From IMG/VR virus record IMGVR_UViG_3300035701_000012: a stretch of DNA of 11,554 bases; one strand, written 5' to 3'. The number at the start of each line of letters is the position of its first letter. Within the stretch, counting starts at the first letter, position 1. This stretch comes from a virus. Taxonomy: Duplodnaviria > Heunggongvirae > Uroviricota > Caudoviricetes. Below are positions 1-6,907 of this stretch, in pieces. Both the position numbers and the translations under genes were made by a program. The notes under the pieces are model-generated. The model saw only the letters and a program-made list of their open reading frames with translations, searched no databases and was not told the origin of the DNA.

Positions 1-2
1 TC

Positions 3-188
3 GTAAAATTGATTCCAAAATTTAAAAATAGTGGTTATCCTGAGACAACAGTGCATCCTCATAAAGGCGAAGTTTCGTGGAGTAAAACAAGAGCAATAAA
101 AGAAGCTAAATTTGCGTTAAAGGGAAGGATGTGGACAGGCATTACAGTGGGAGAAGCTTATAATTATCGAATAGTGAGAAGGAGATGA
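3..188 (+). CDS. Hypothetical protein, 5'-truncated (..VKLIPKFKNSGYPETTVHPHKGEVSWSKTRAIKEAKFALKGRMWTGITVGEAYNYRIVRRR*)
   Basis: Frame open from the window start to TGA at 186-188; same strand and style as the downstream genes. Confidence 0.65.
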   Translation, partial: VKLIPKFKNSGYPETTVHPHKGEVSWSKTRAIKEAKFALKGRMWTGITVGEAYNYRIVRRR

Positions 189-276
189 AAATGGCTTGGA
201 AAAAGATTGCACCCGGTGATGGTGATTTGAAATGGTAAAAGAAATCAGAAGGCGATGAGACAGTAGGTGAGATGAT

Positions 277-432
277 ATGAACAAAGTTGTAAAAAATGTA
301 AAGGTATTGAGATGGACTGTCTATGTTGACATCAGAGGGCAGTTATATCTCCAAGACACTAACCGAAAAATATGGAGAGCAAGAGTGTCCCCATTAGCAG
401 ACCGATTCATGTTAACAACGACAGATGTTTGA
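277..432 (+). CDS. Hypothetical protein, 51 aa (MNKVVKNVKVLRWTVYVDIRGQLYLQDTNRKIWRARVSPLADRFMLTTTDV)
   Basis: Manual translation (below ORF-track cutoff); preceded by TAGGTGAGATGAT SD. Confidence 0.6.
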   Translation: MNKVVKNVKVLRWTVYVDIRGQLYLQDTNRKIWRARVSPLADRFMLTTTDV

Positions 433-434
433 TA

Positions 435-666
435 GTTCATCCGAAATTCATGAAGGCTGGTTTTGGTTCGTTAACCAGAATCATATATCCTCTGCCATCA
501 TGAACGGAAAGTGACCACACCCATAGAACGGTTTGGCTTGGAAACGAGTGCAACTCTCGTTCCGAGTCTTCGGGTGTAAACAAAATGGAAGTTGTGTTGT
601 GTGCAGTCTTTTAGAATGAGATGCAGATAAGTCTCAGAAAGAAGTGAAATATCTTCTTCTGAGCAT
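435..666 (+). ncRNA. Candidate structured non-coding RNA (multi-hairpin, includes T-loop-capped helix at 535-568)
   Basis: Longest non-coding gap in the left block. Stems seen: CTGGTT/AACCAG (457-478), ACACCC/GGGTGT (517-522/572-577), GGCTTGGA-A-ACGAG[TGCAACT]CTCGT-TCCGAGTC (535-568), CTCAGAAAGAAG/CTTCTTCTGAG (633-662). No family recognised. Confidence 0.35.
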
Positions 667-677
667 CGGTGATAAAT

Positions 678-956
678 ATGCCAGTTGAAATTCGTGGGAA
701 TCAATTGCGAATAAGAGTGAGAAATCCGAGGCAATTCACTAAATTCAGGACTCATGACCCCGGTCAAGAAGGTCGCTTTCAGAGACTTGCAGGTTATTCA
801 AAAAGAACAGGTTGGAAAACACAATCAGTTCGTTATACCCTAAAAGATTACAGTGGTTACAGTGATTTCTTGCGTGACTTGATGGATACAAGAGAACTGA
901 CGGTTTCACAGAGAAACAGTGCGATGAGAATTGCAAAAAGATTTTATGCGTCATAA
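678..956 (+). CDS. Hypothetical basic protein, 92 aa (MPVEIRGNQLRIRVRNPRQFTKFRTHDPG...)
   Basis: ORF-track ORF 669..956; ATG 678 preferred because the GGTGA SD lies 5 nt upstream. Confidence 0.75.
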   Translation: MPVEIRGNQLRIRVRNPRQFTKFRTHDPGQEGRFQRLAGYSKRTGWKTQSVRYTLKDYSGYSDFLRDLMDTRELTVSQRNSAMRIAKRFYAS

Positions 957-982
957 AATAAAAATAATTGGAGGTGAATGGA

Positions 983-1135
983 ATGGCAGATATACAGATT
1001 GGAATAGGAACTAAGACGATTGGCAAGAAGAAATTCCTTGTTGGAAGTGCAACAATCGGAGAATCCAAAATAGATATTCTCCTTGACAAGGGCGATGTCG
1101 AGAGACACATGAAGAAACACAAACGATTGTTTTAA
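983..1135 (+). CDS. Hypothetical protein, 50 aa (MADIQIGIGTKTIGKKKFLVGSATIGESKIDILLDKGDVERHMKKHKRLF)
   Basis: Manual translation; strong GGAGGTGA SD upstream. Confidence 0.7.
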   Translation: MADIQIGIGTKTIGKKKFLVGSATIGESKIDILLDKGDVERHMKKHKRLF

Positions 1136-1152
1136 AAAAGAGAAGTGATTTT

Positions 1153-1305
1153 ATGGCGATAAAGAAACTCACGCCAACAAAGTTAAGAGAATTTATCAAA
1201 GACGAAGCTAAAGCAGTGAGAGAATACGAAGATTACGGTCTCTATGAACTTGCTAAAGATGAGAGAGAACATTTCATTTGGTTAAAGAATTTGAGGTTGG
1301 ATTAA
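1153..1305 (+). CDS. Small protein, 50 aa, with ferritin/rubrerythrin-like half-bundle motif (MAIKKLTPTKLREFIKDEAKAVREYEDYGLYELAKDEREHFIWLKNLRLD)
   Basis: Manual translation; AAGTGA SD-like sequence upstream; DExxA..Y and DExxH motifs; stop lies 1 nt before the next ATG. Confidence 0.65.
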   Translation: MAIKKLTPTKLREFIKDEAKAVREYEDYGLYELAKDEREHFIWLKNLRLD

Positions 1306-1306
1306 T

Positions 1307-1519
1307 ATGACAGAAATATCCGTTTCGGAATTAAAACGAGGAATTGAAGTAGACTTTCCATCACGAAATGGTGTAATAAAAGCAATACGTTTTAAAAACG
1401 AATATTTCGAGCTTTACAATATCAAAACAGGTGTGGTTGATTACAGATATCGAGATTTAAAACGTTTGGTTATGCACACAAATAGAATATTTAGAATAAA
1501 GGACAAAGCGGTTGAGTGA
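1307..1519 (+). CDS. Hypothetical protein, 70 aa
   Basis: ORF track; GAGGTTGG SD-like sequence; tight coupling with neighbours. Confidence 0.7.
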   Translation: MTEISVSELKRGIEVDFPSRNGVIKAIRFKNEYFELYNIKTGVVDYRYRDLKRLVMHTNRIFRIKDKAVE

Positions 1520-1748
1520 TTGATATGGTAATGAAAAAAATAAAAAGGTCTTTCAGAGACAAAAAGGGTTTATGGATTCTTTGGTCTGTCGAAAATTCTT
1601 TGATAGATGCAAAGAATGTATCAAAAGGATATCAAGAAGATTTTAAAGGACTTGTTAAAATAGTTCGGAGTTATGGCGATAAGGGAACAACTATAAAGTT
1701 CGGAGTTTATCACAATATCGGAAGAAAACATTTGAGTGATTGATATGG
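1512..1748 (+). repeat. 17-bp direct repeat TTGAGTGATTGATATGG at 1512-1528 and 1732-1748 (partial ATTGATATGG at 1971-1980), spanning gene junctions
   Basis: Exact 17-nt identity read from the sequence; each copy holds the stop of one gene, the SD and the ATG of the next. Confidence 0.85.
1525..1743 (+). CDS. Hypothetical protein, ~72 aa
   Basis: ORF track 1516..1743; ATG 1525 preferred after the GAGTGATTGAT junction. Confidence 0.7.
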   Translation: MVMKKIKRSFRDKKGLWILWSVENSLIDAKNVSKGYQEDFKGLVKIVRSYGDKGTTIKFGVYHNIGRKHLSD

Positions 1749-1975
1749 CATTAAGAAATTGGCAACAAACAACTGGTTTCCGTAATGAATTATATAAAAT
1801 ATATTTGCGAAAATCAGAACCGTATGGAGAGTTAGTAATAAAACCAATTTTGGAAGGAACTTCAGATTATGGTTTTCGTGTTGAAGTAAAGATGAAAGGA
1901 AAATATTGGCAATGGATTGTTACGACACAAAAAGAAGCAATACTACAAGCAAATAAATTCATGAGGAGGCATTGA
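1745..1975 (+). CDS. Hypothetical protein, ~76 aa
   Basis: ORF track 1736..1975; ATG 1745 preferred after the identical GAGTGATTGAT junction. Confidence 0.7.
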   Translation: MALRNWQQTTGFRNELYKIYLRKSEPYGELVIKPILEGTSDYGFRVEVKMKGKYWQWIVTTQKEAILQANKFMRRH

Positions 1976-1976
1976 T

Positions 1977-2144
1977 ATGGAAAAATATTTTATAATCCCG
2001 ACAAATGAGGGACAGGATTTAAATTATATGGAAGATTTTCAAGGAACTATGGTCGAAGCTCGTAAGAGAGCCTATGTGATGAGAAGAGCTTTGAGGAGAA
2101 TCCTGAAGCAGGGAACGATTGATGTTCGGATTGAGATGGGTTAG
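1977..2144 (+). CDS. Hypothetical protein, 55 aa (MEKYFIIPTNEGQDLNYMEDFQGTMVEARKRAYVMRRALRRILKQGTIDVRIEMG)
   Basis: Manual translation; GAGGAGG SD; fills the gap between annotated ORFs exactly. Confidence 0.7.
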   Translation: MEKYFIIPTNEGQDLNYMEDFQGTMVEARKRAYVMRRALRRILKQGTIDVRIEMG

Positions 2145-2152
2145 GTGAAGAA

Positions 2153-2401
2153 ATGGTAAATGAAAATAAGCTTCGACAAATTTTTAGTAGATATCAAAGT
2201 TTAGAAGATTGGAAAAATCCAGTTGATGCTATAGTTTACACCAAAAAAGATGCATTGCTGCTTAAAAAAGCAATTGAATTTTATCAAGGCGATGTTGCAA
2301 AAATTAAGAAAGTTATAGTTCCGACAAGGCATAAAGAAGGATTGGTTTGGATGCAAGGTTCAGCTTTTCATGTTACATCCAAAGGTTATCAAGCATATTA
2401 A
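2153..2401 (+). CDS. Hypothetical protein, 82 aa
   Basis: ORF track; AGGTGA SD. Confidence 0.75.
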   Translation: MVNENKLRQIFSRYQSLEDWKNPVDAIVYTKKDALLLKKAIEFYQGDVAKIKKVIVPTRHKEGLVWMQGSAFHVTSKGYQAY

Positions 2402-2414
2402 CAGGTGAAAGTGT

Positions 2415-2729
2415 GTGGTTACAAACAAACAAATTGGAAAAGGATTCATGATTACAGGAGTGATTTTTCTATTGATAGGATTGTTTCAAGTTTATGTTTA
2501 TATGACCGCTTTCTTCATGGATGGTTATTGTTACAATACTGTTGTAAATGAAACAATTGTTTCTCATTGTCCTCCGCCAAGAACCGCTTGGGGAGATTTT
2601 ATTATTGGTGTTGGGTCGAACTCTTTTTATTTCATTGTAGCTATAGTATTGCTATTGGTCGGGATTATAATTTATAAGACAGAGAAAGGTAGAAAATCCG
2701 TTTGGAAAAAGATATACGATTCAGTGTGA
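2415..2729 (+). CDS. Membrane protein, 104 aa, two predicted TM helices flanking a loop with a Cys pair
   Basis: Hydrophobic segments FMITGVIFLLIGLFQVYVYMTAFF and FYFIVAIVLLLVGIIIY; loop CYNTVVNETIVSHC; AGGTGA SD; GTG start. Confidence 0.75.
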   Translation: MVTNKQIGKGFMITGVIFLLIGLFQVYVYMTAFFMDGYCYNTVVNETIVSHCPPPRTAWGDFIIGVGSNSFYFIVAIVLLLVGIIIYKTEKGRKSVWKKIYDSV

Positions 2730-2733
2730 TGAT

Positions 2734-3252
2734 ATGGCTAAAAGAAGAATTAAGCTTAAACACATAAAAATAGTATTCTTAGTTGCATCTATGTTTTGGA
2801 TTCTATTGTGGGCTGTAGGTTTTCTTCCAATTTGGCAAACATATTTGAATAGTAATCCGAATACGCCTATTTGGGTAGCTTACTTGATTCATGAAATACC
2901 TTTCTTTGCATCATTTTTTGCAGTGGCATGGATAGTTACGACAGAATTAAAATTCACTCTTAGATTTGCTTTAGCTGAATTTTTTATATTCAGTGCTGCG
3001 GTAGGAATTGCTATGCCTCCTTTATGTGTTGGATTAGATGGAGTTCTTCTTGTATCGACACAAAATCATTCTTGTCTTGCAGGAACAGATTCGTTAGTAG
3101 CTTCATTTTGGTCGCCTATAGTTCCATTCGGAAATCCATTATTATTTTATCTGACTTACGTTGGAGGATTTTTGATATTTCTCGCAATCGGGGTCTGGCT
3201 GATTAAAAGCAAAGATTTGAAAGAAGACTTGAGAAGAGGGATTCCTTTGTAG
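2734..3252 (+). CDS. Multi-pass membrane protein, 172 aa (~4 TM)
   Basis: Four long hydrophobic stretches, basic N-terminus, a Cys pair in one loop. Confidence 0.8.
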   Translation: MAKRRIKLKHIKIVFLVASMFWILLWAVGFLPIWQTYLNSNPNTPIWVAYLIHEIPFFASFFAVAWIVTTELKFTLRFALAEFFIFSAAVGIAMPPLCVGLDGVLLVSTQNHSCLAGTDSLVASFWSPIVPFGNPLLFYLTYVGGFLIFLAIGVWLIKSKDLKEDLRRGIPL

Positions 3253-3260
3253 GTGATAAT

Positions 3261-3677
3261 ATGGTAGAAATCGAAGAGATGTCAATGAGTGCTTTCAGAA
3301 ATTCAACCATAGAACACATAAGCGTAGATAAAAATAATTGGGTAAGTGTTACATTGAGAGAAGGCACTCTTCCACGAAGACGTTTGCTCATAAAAGAACA
3401 AATGTCAGGTGTAGCTGATTGGTCAAGAAAATATGCTACTATGAGGGTTGAAGATGAAGTTATTGTCGAACCTAAATTTTATTTGAAACTGTTAATTGCA
3501 CATGAAGCCATTGAAGCTCATATAACAAAAACTTTCGGTGTAAGATGGCAAGAAGCTCATTTGATAGCACAGAAACTTGAGAAAAAATATTGCGTGAAAC
3601 ATCATGGTCTTAAACAATGGAAACTTTATACGCAATGGGTAAACTATATTAGTGAGAAGGAACAATTAGGATATTGA
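3261..3677 (+). CDS. Hypothetical protein, 138 aa, with HExxE...H putative metal-binding motif
   Basis: AGGTGA SD; LLIAHEAIEAHI...WQEAHLIAQKLE resembles a zincin-like HExxE/H site. Function not established. Confidence 0.7.
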   Translation: MVEIEEMSMSAFRNSTIEHISVDKNNWVSVTLREGTLPRRRLLIKEQMSGVADWSRKYATMRVEDEVIVEPKFYLKLLIAHEAIEAHITKTFGVRWQEAHLIAQKLEKKYCVKHHGLKQWKLYTQWVNYISEKEQLGY

Positions 3678-3690
3678 GAGGTGAAACAAA

Positions 3691-3909
3691 ATGGAAGAAT
3701 ATATAAAAATAAAAACTATTGGTGGAAGAAGATATTTTCTTAGGTCGTGGTCTGATGAAAAGAGAACAGCAGACAGAATAGCTATGGAAACTCGGTCAAA
3801 ATTTCGTGGTAGCAGCGTGAGAGTAGAAAAAGCAAAATCAAAAAACGACATCAGAGTCTATGGAAAATATCTTGTTTGGCAGGATATCATGCACCGTGAT
3901 GTAGAATGA
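3691..3909 (+). CDS. Hypothetical basic protein, 72 aa
   Basis: ORF track; GAGGTGA SD; ATGA overlap with the next gene. Confidence 0.75.
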   Translation: MEEYIKIKTIGGRRYFLRSWSDEKRTADRIAMETRSKFRGSSVRVEKAKSKNDIRVYGKYLVWQDIMHRDVE

Positions 3910-5978
3910 GAAAAGATAAACGGAACAAATTAATAGCGATAGGAATTCTATTCGTTTTGATACTCATAGCTTTCGTTAGCGTTGGCGGATTATTCAAATT
4001 TCAGACTGTAGCTACCGGTCAACCATTCTTCTGGCAGATTTGCGGAAATCCAAGCGAAACTTGGTCGAGAGATTTGCTTCAATCATGTAGTTCAATAGTT
4101 AGTGGTTACACGATTAATGTTGATAAATTTGACCGAGTAACTTCTGTTTCTTGCAATGCTAATACTTGCAATGGTCAACCAGCAGGGAAGGATTCCTATG
4201 GTTGTGATAGTTTTTTGACAACAACTGTAACATTACAATATCCTGTATCAGCTTATTATGTAACACCAACATCAGGTGGAGGATATTGCCCAGCAGGGAG
4301 TTGGTGTGAAGTAACTACAGGAGGGAAAAAAGGTTCAGGAGATTATGAAATAAAACAATCTTATTTAGGAGGTTGTAATTGTGCCAGTTGGGTTTATCAT
4401 TCAGCGACTCCACCGCCTTGCCAACCAAATTCTTGCGGAGGAACGCAGAACGGTGTAGATAAATATAATTGTCCGATTTATGAAATAACAAATACAGTTT
4501 GTGGAAATACACCTGATTATGGAAACTGTAGGTGTTGTGAACGTTTGACAGCAAAACCTACATCTGTTATGAATGAATGTATGAATATTCTTGGTTCTGG
4601 AACAGGTTTGCGGACTTGTGATTATGCAAGAGCCTATAATGGTTGGACTTCTACTTGGGATGCTTGTCATTGCACAAGACAGACATTAACCTGTGGAACT
4701 GCTGGAACACAATGTGGCGGTTCTACTGTAACAGACAATTGGGGAGTTGCTTACAATTATAGAATATCTTTGAATGGAGAAATTGTTTCGGAAGACCAAA
4801 CAAGAACTCTCGGCTCGGAAAAAACAGTAGACTTTACAGATTTGTCAGTTCAATTAGATACTGAAAATAAATTTCAATATTATTCTACTTATTACATAGG
4901 CAGTCATATTTATCTGAAATTCCCTGCAAACGCTATTGATGTTGAAATAATACCGAGCAAATCAAGTTTTATTCAGGGAGAAGACGCTTCGATTCAAGTA
5001 AAAGTCGCAAATACTTACAAATCTGTGAAAGGAGTAATAACTTTGACAGCAACTCAGCCAACATTATTTGGAACACAATCAGGAATTGTTTATAGTGAAA
5101 CAAAAGATATTCCATTAGGAAATTCTTTGTTCACGCTTACTATACCTACATCAAAGATAGCCGAGAAAGTTGATTTAGTTCCGACATTAGAAATATCAGG
5201 AACACCATCACAATTAGGTCTTCAAGGAGTGAATGTGAATAAACCTTACTGTAATCCTAACGGTAATTATAGGTCGGATACTCCTGCTGATTTTGTTCCT
5301 GTAACATGGTGTGATTCAATAAAAATAGGAACATTTACAGGCGATACAAAGACAATTCAGGTAGTTCCGAAGCCTTTAGTTTTGGATGTTAATTGCCCGA
5401 CAGAATCTTGTCCAACCGGATATACTTGTAAACCATTTACAACAGGTGCAAAGTGTTTGAGTAATGATGTTTTAAATGTTCAATTGACTTGCCAACAGTT
5501 AGGTTGCCCTGCGGAAACGAATACACTTCATTATTACTGCACATCATCGGGAATCTGTGCTGAACAAGTTTTCATAGCGAGAGATTGCAGAGTTGCTGGA
5601 AGTGAATGTCCTGAAGGTTTATCATGCCAAGTTTCTGCTGATGGAACATTTTCGTATTGCATGAAAACTGAATTTATAACTCAGGTAACTCAATGTCTAA
5701 GCACCGCAAATTGCACAAAACCATGTAATGGAGTAACAACTACTTGTAGAAATGGACTATGTGATTATTCAGGTTCTTGCACACCGACAACTATCTCAAA
5801 ACAAATTGGATGCAAAGAGCTTGGTTGTTCATCGGGATATGTTTGCGATTTAGATAGAAATGTTTGCAATAGAAGTGGCGGTATTGCCGGAGGAGTTAAT
5901 CCGCTTTATTTGATTTTTGTTTTTATCGTTTTCATAATTATTATATTAGGAATAGTTTATTTCAAAAAGTTCAGGTGA
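3906..5978 (+). CDS. Large Cys-rich membrane-anchored surface/virion protein, 690 aa
   Basis: N-terminal signal peptide/anchor (MRKDKRNK + hydrophobic LIAIGILFVLILIAFVSVGGLF), 22 Cys in the N-terminal region, a Cys-free beta-rich (Ig-like-looking) middle, repeated small Cys modules, and a C-terminal TM (LYLIFVFIVFIIIILGIVYF) plus KKFR tail. 46 Cys counted in total. Confidence 0.85.
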   Translation: MRKDKRNKLIAIGILFVLILIAFVSVGGLFKFQTVATGQPFFWQICGNPSETWSRDLLQSCSSIVSGYTINVDKFDRVTSVSCNANTCNGQPAGKDSYGCDSFLTTTVTLQYPVSAYYVTPTSGGGYCPAGSWCEVTTGGKKGSGDYEIKQSYLGGCNCASWVYHSATPPPCQPNSCGGTQNGVDKYNCPIYEITNTVCGNTPDYGNCRCCERLTAKPTSVMNECMNILGSGTGLRTCDYARAYNGWTSTWDACHCTRQTLTCGTAGTQCGGSTVTDNWGVAYNYRISLNGEIVSEDQTRTLGSEKTVDFTDLSVQLDTENKFQYYSTYYIGSHIYLKFPANAIDVEIIPSKSSFIQGEDASIQVKVANTYKSVKGVITLTATQPTLFGTQSGIVYSETKDIPLGNSLFTLTIPTSKIAEKVDLVPTLEISGTPSQLGLQGVNVNKPYCNPNGNYRSDTPADFVPVTWCDSIKIGTFTGDTKTIQVVPKPLVLDVNCPTESCPTGYTCKPFTTGAKCLSNDVLNVQLTCQQLGCPAETNTLHYYCTSSGICAEQVFIARDCRVAGSECPEGLSCQVSADGTFSYCMKTEFITQVTQCLSTANCTKPCNGVTTTCRNGLCDYSGSCTPTTISKQIGCKELGCSSGYVCDLDRNVCNRSGGIAGGVNPLYLIFVFIVFIIIILGIVYFKKFR

Positions 5979-5982
5979 TACT

Positions 5983-6276
5983 TTGTTTTTTTCTCGAACT
6001 ATGGATTTGGAAGCGAAAGTTTTTCTTTATATTTATTCCAGTCCCGGCACATCAATTGAAAATATTTTCAAGCAGATGAAGGAATTTTTTCCAAAGGATA
6101 AAGATGAAAAAACTCGAAAAAAAGTTGTCGTTGCTGTGAAAAGTCTCGAAAAAAAGCAATATATTTTTCCGCAAATCAATAGAGATTGGCAGATGCAGGA
6201 AACGAGTATTTGGTTCGTGGCTTCGACAGGAGAAGCGAATGATTATTATGTGAGTTTGCTTGAGAAATATGGTTGA
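5983..6276 (+). CDS. Probable winged helix-turn-helix DNA-binding protein, 97 aa
   Basis: Pattern LEAKVFLYIY..PG.SIENIF (helices 1-2), TRKKVVVAVKSLEKKQYI (recognition helix + strand), W.V..TG..YY (wing and final helix) resembles MarR/PadR/ArsR-like wHTH. TTG start follows AGGTGA SD (alternative ATG 6001). Confidence 0.6.
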   Translation: MFFSRTMDLEAKVFLYIYSSPGTSIENIFKQMKEFFPKDKDEKTRKKVVVAVKSLEKKQYIFPQINRDWQMQETSIWFVASTGEANDYYVSLLEKYG

Positions 6277-6308
6277 TTATTAAGTTAATGAATCATTAAC
6301 TTAATAAT
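6276..6308. repeat. 33-bp palindrome: perfect 16-bp arms ATTATTAAGTTAATGA / TCATTAACTTAATAAT around a single A
   Basis: Arms 6276-6291 and 6293-6308 checked base by base as exact reverse complements. Confidence 0.95.
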
Positions 6309-6333
6309 GAGGTGGCAATCTAAGATAGAGAAA

Positions 6334-6383
6334 AGTAACGTATATTCTGTAGTATATAGAAGAGATGGTTTAAATACGTTACT
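6334..6383 (+). promoter_or_regulatory. Promoter P1 (TATA-like TTTAAATA 6369-6376) overlapped by a 10-bp inverted repeat AGTAACGTAT (6334-6343) / ATACGTTACT (6374-6383)
   Basis: Archaeal TATA-like box ~30-40 nt upstream of ATG 6408; exact inverted repeat; near-identical motif recurs at 8035-8051. Confidence 0.55.
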
Positions 6384-6407
6384 GGTAAGTAGTTTTAGGT
6401 GAGTTTG

Positions 6408-6650
6408 ATGAGAATTTCAGGTTCGGTGTCAACATCACGAAGTTCAAACGGAACTTATAGAACGGATTCTGATGTAAGGACAGAACATAATGATGTTTCT
6501 GAATATGTTCGTGCAGCTGGAGACCAAGCGGCTGCTCACATGATTTCTGGGGTAGCTGAAGCACATTCAAGGGCTTTAGCGATTGAAACAGCATCAAGAC
6601 AGGGTAACGGTGCTTATACTGAAAGCGAGAGAAGGGAACAAAGGCGATAA
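6408..6650 (+). CDS. Hypothetical hydrophilic protein, 80 aa, no Lys
   Basis: ORF track 6399..6650; ATG 6408 preferred (AGGTGA SD 5 nt upstream). Confidence 0.7.
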   Translation: MRISGSVSTSRSSNGTYRTDSDVRTEHNDVSEYVRAAGDQAAAHMISGVAEAHSRALAIETASRQGNGAYTESERREQRR

Positions 6651-6652
6651 TT

Positions 6653-6907
6653 ATGTCAAGAATACGAAGACAGATGGTTTATACGAGAGGTCAAAGAGGC
6701 GTTTCTCCTATACGAGACTCTATGATTTATGAAACTGAGGGTCATAGGTTTCTCGTCAATAATCTTGAAAGCGATTTTCAAAGCGAACAACGAGCAGTTA
6801 ATCAATTAACTGATAGACCTGAAGAATATCAGAGCTATTTTGCAAAAATGATTCAAGCGTTGAAAGATATTTGTCGAGGATGGTATTATGCCAAACGGAC
6901 AGCCTGA
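6653..6907 (+). CDS. Hypothetical protein, 84 aa
   Basis: ORF track; starts 2 nt after the previous stop. Confidence 0.65.
   Translation: MSRIRRQMVYTRGQRGVSPIRDSMIYETEGHRFLVNNLESDFQSEQRAVNQLTDRPEEYQSYFAKMIQALKDICRGWYYAKRTA

Noticed and set aside
191-258. Micro-ORFs MAWKKIAPGDGDLKW (191-238) and MVKEIRRR (232-258), each with SD-like sequence
   Set aside because: Too short to support; may be a decayed gene. Reading through the TAA gives only 29 codons, so there is no case for recoding.
505-560. RNase P RNA or small ribozyme (GGAAAGTG, AGTGCAAC, AGAAC..GGCTT snippets)
   Set aside because: Snippets are in the wrong order and spacing for RNase P conserved regions; hammerhead, hairpin and twister cores are not present.
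496-572. Complete tRNA gene or tRNA-derived att site
   Set aside because: The T-loop-like arm has no D or anticodon arm, the only partner for the 3' strand is directly adjacent, and the loop lacks TTC; kept only as a minihelix-like candidate.
2956-2966. Near-match ACTCTTAGATT to the palindromic box (also ATCTGAAAT near 4913)
   Set aside because: Mismatch in the invariant core; consistent with background, not counted.
3024-3206. Alternative-frame + ORFs 3024-3206 and 8266-8502
   Set aside because: Fully nested in better genes (4-TM protein; Zn-finger protein), with no clear SD or motif.
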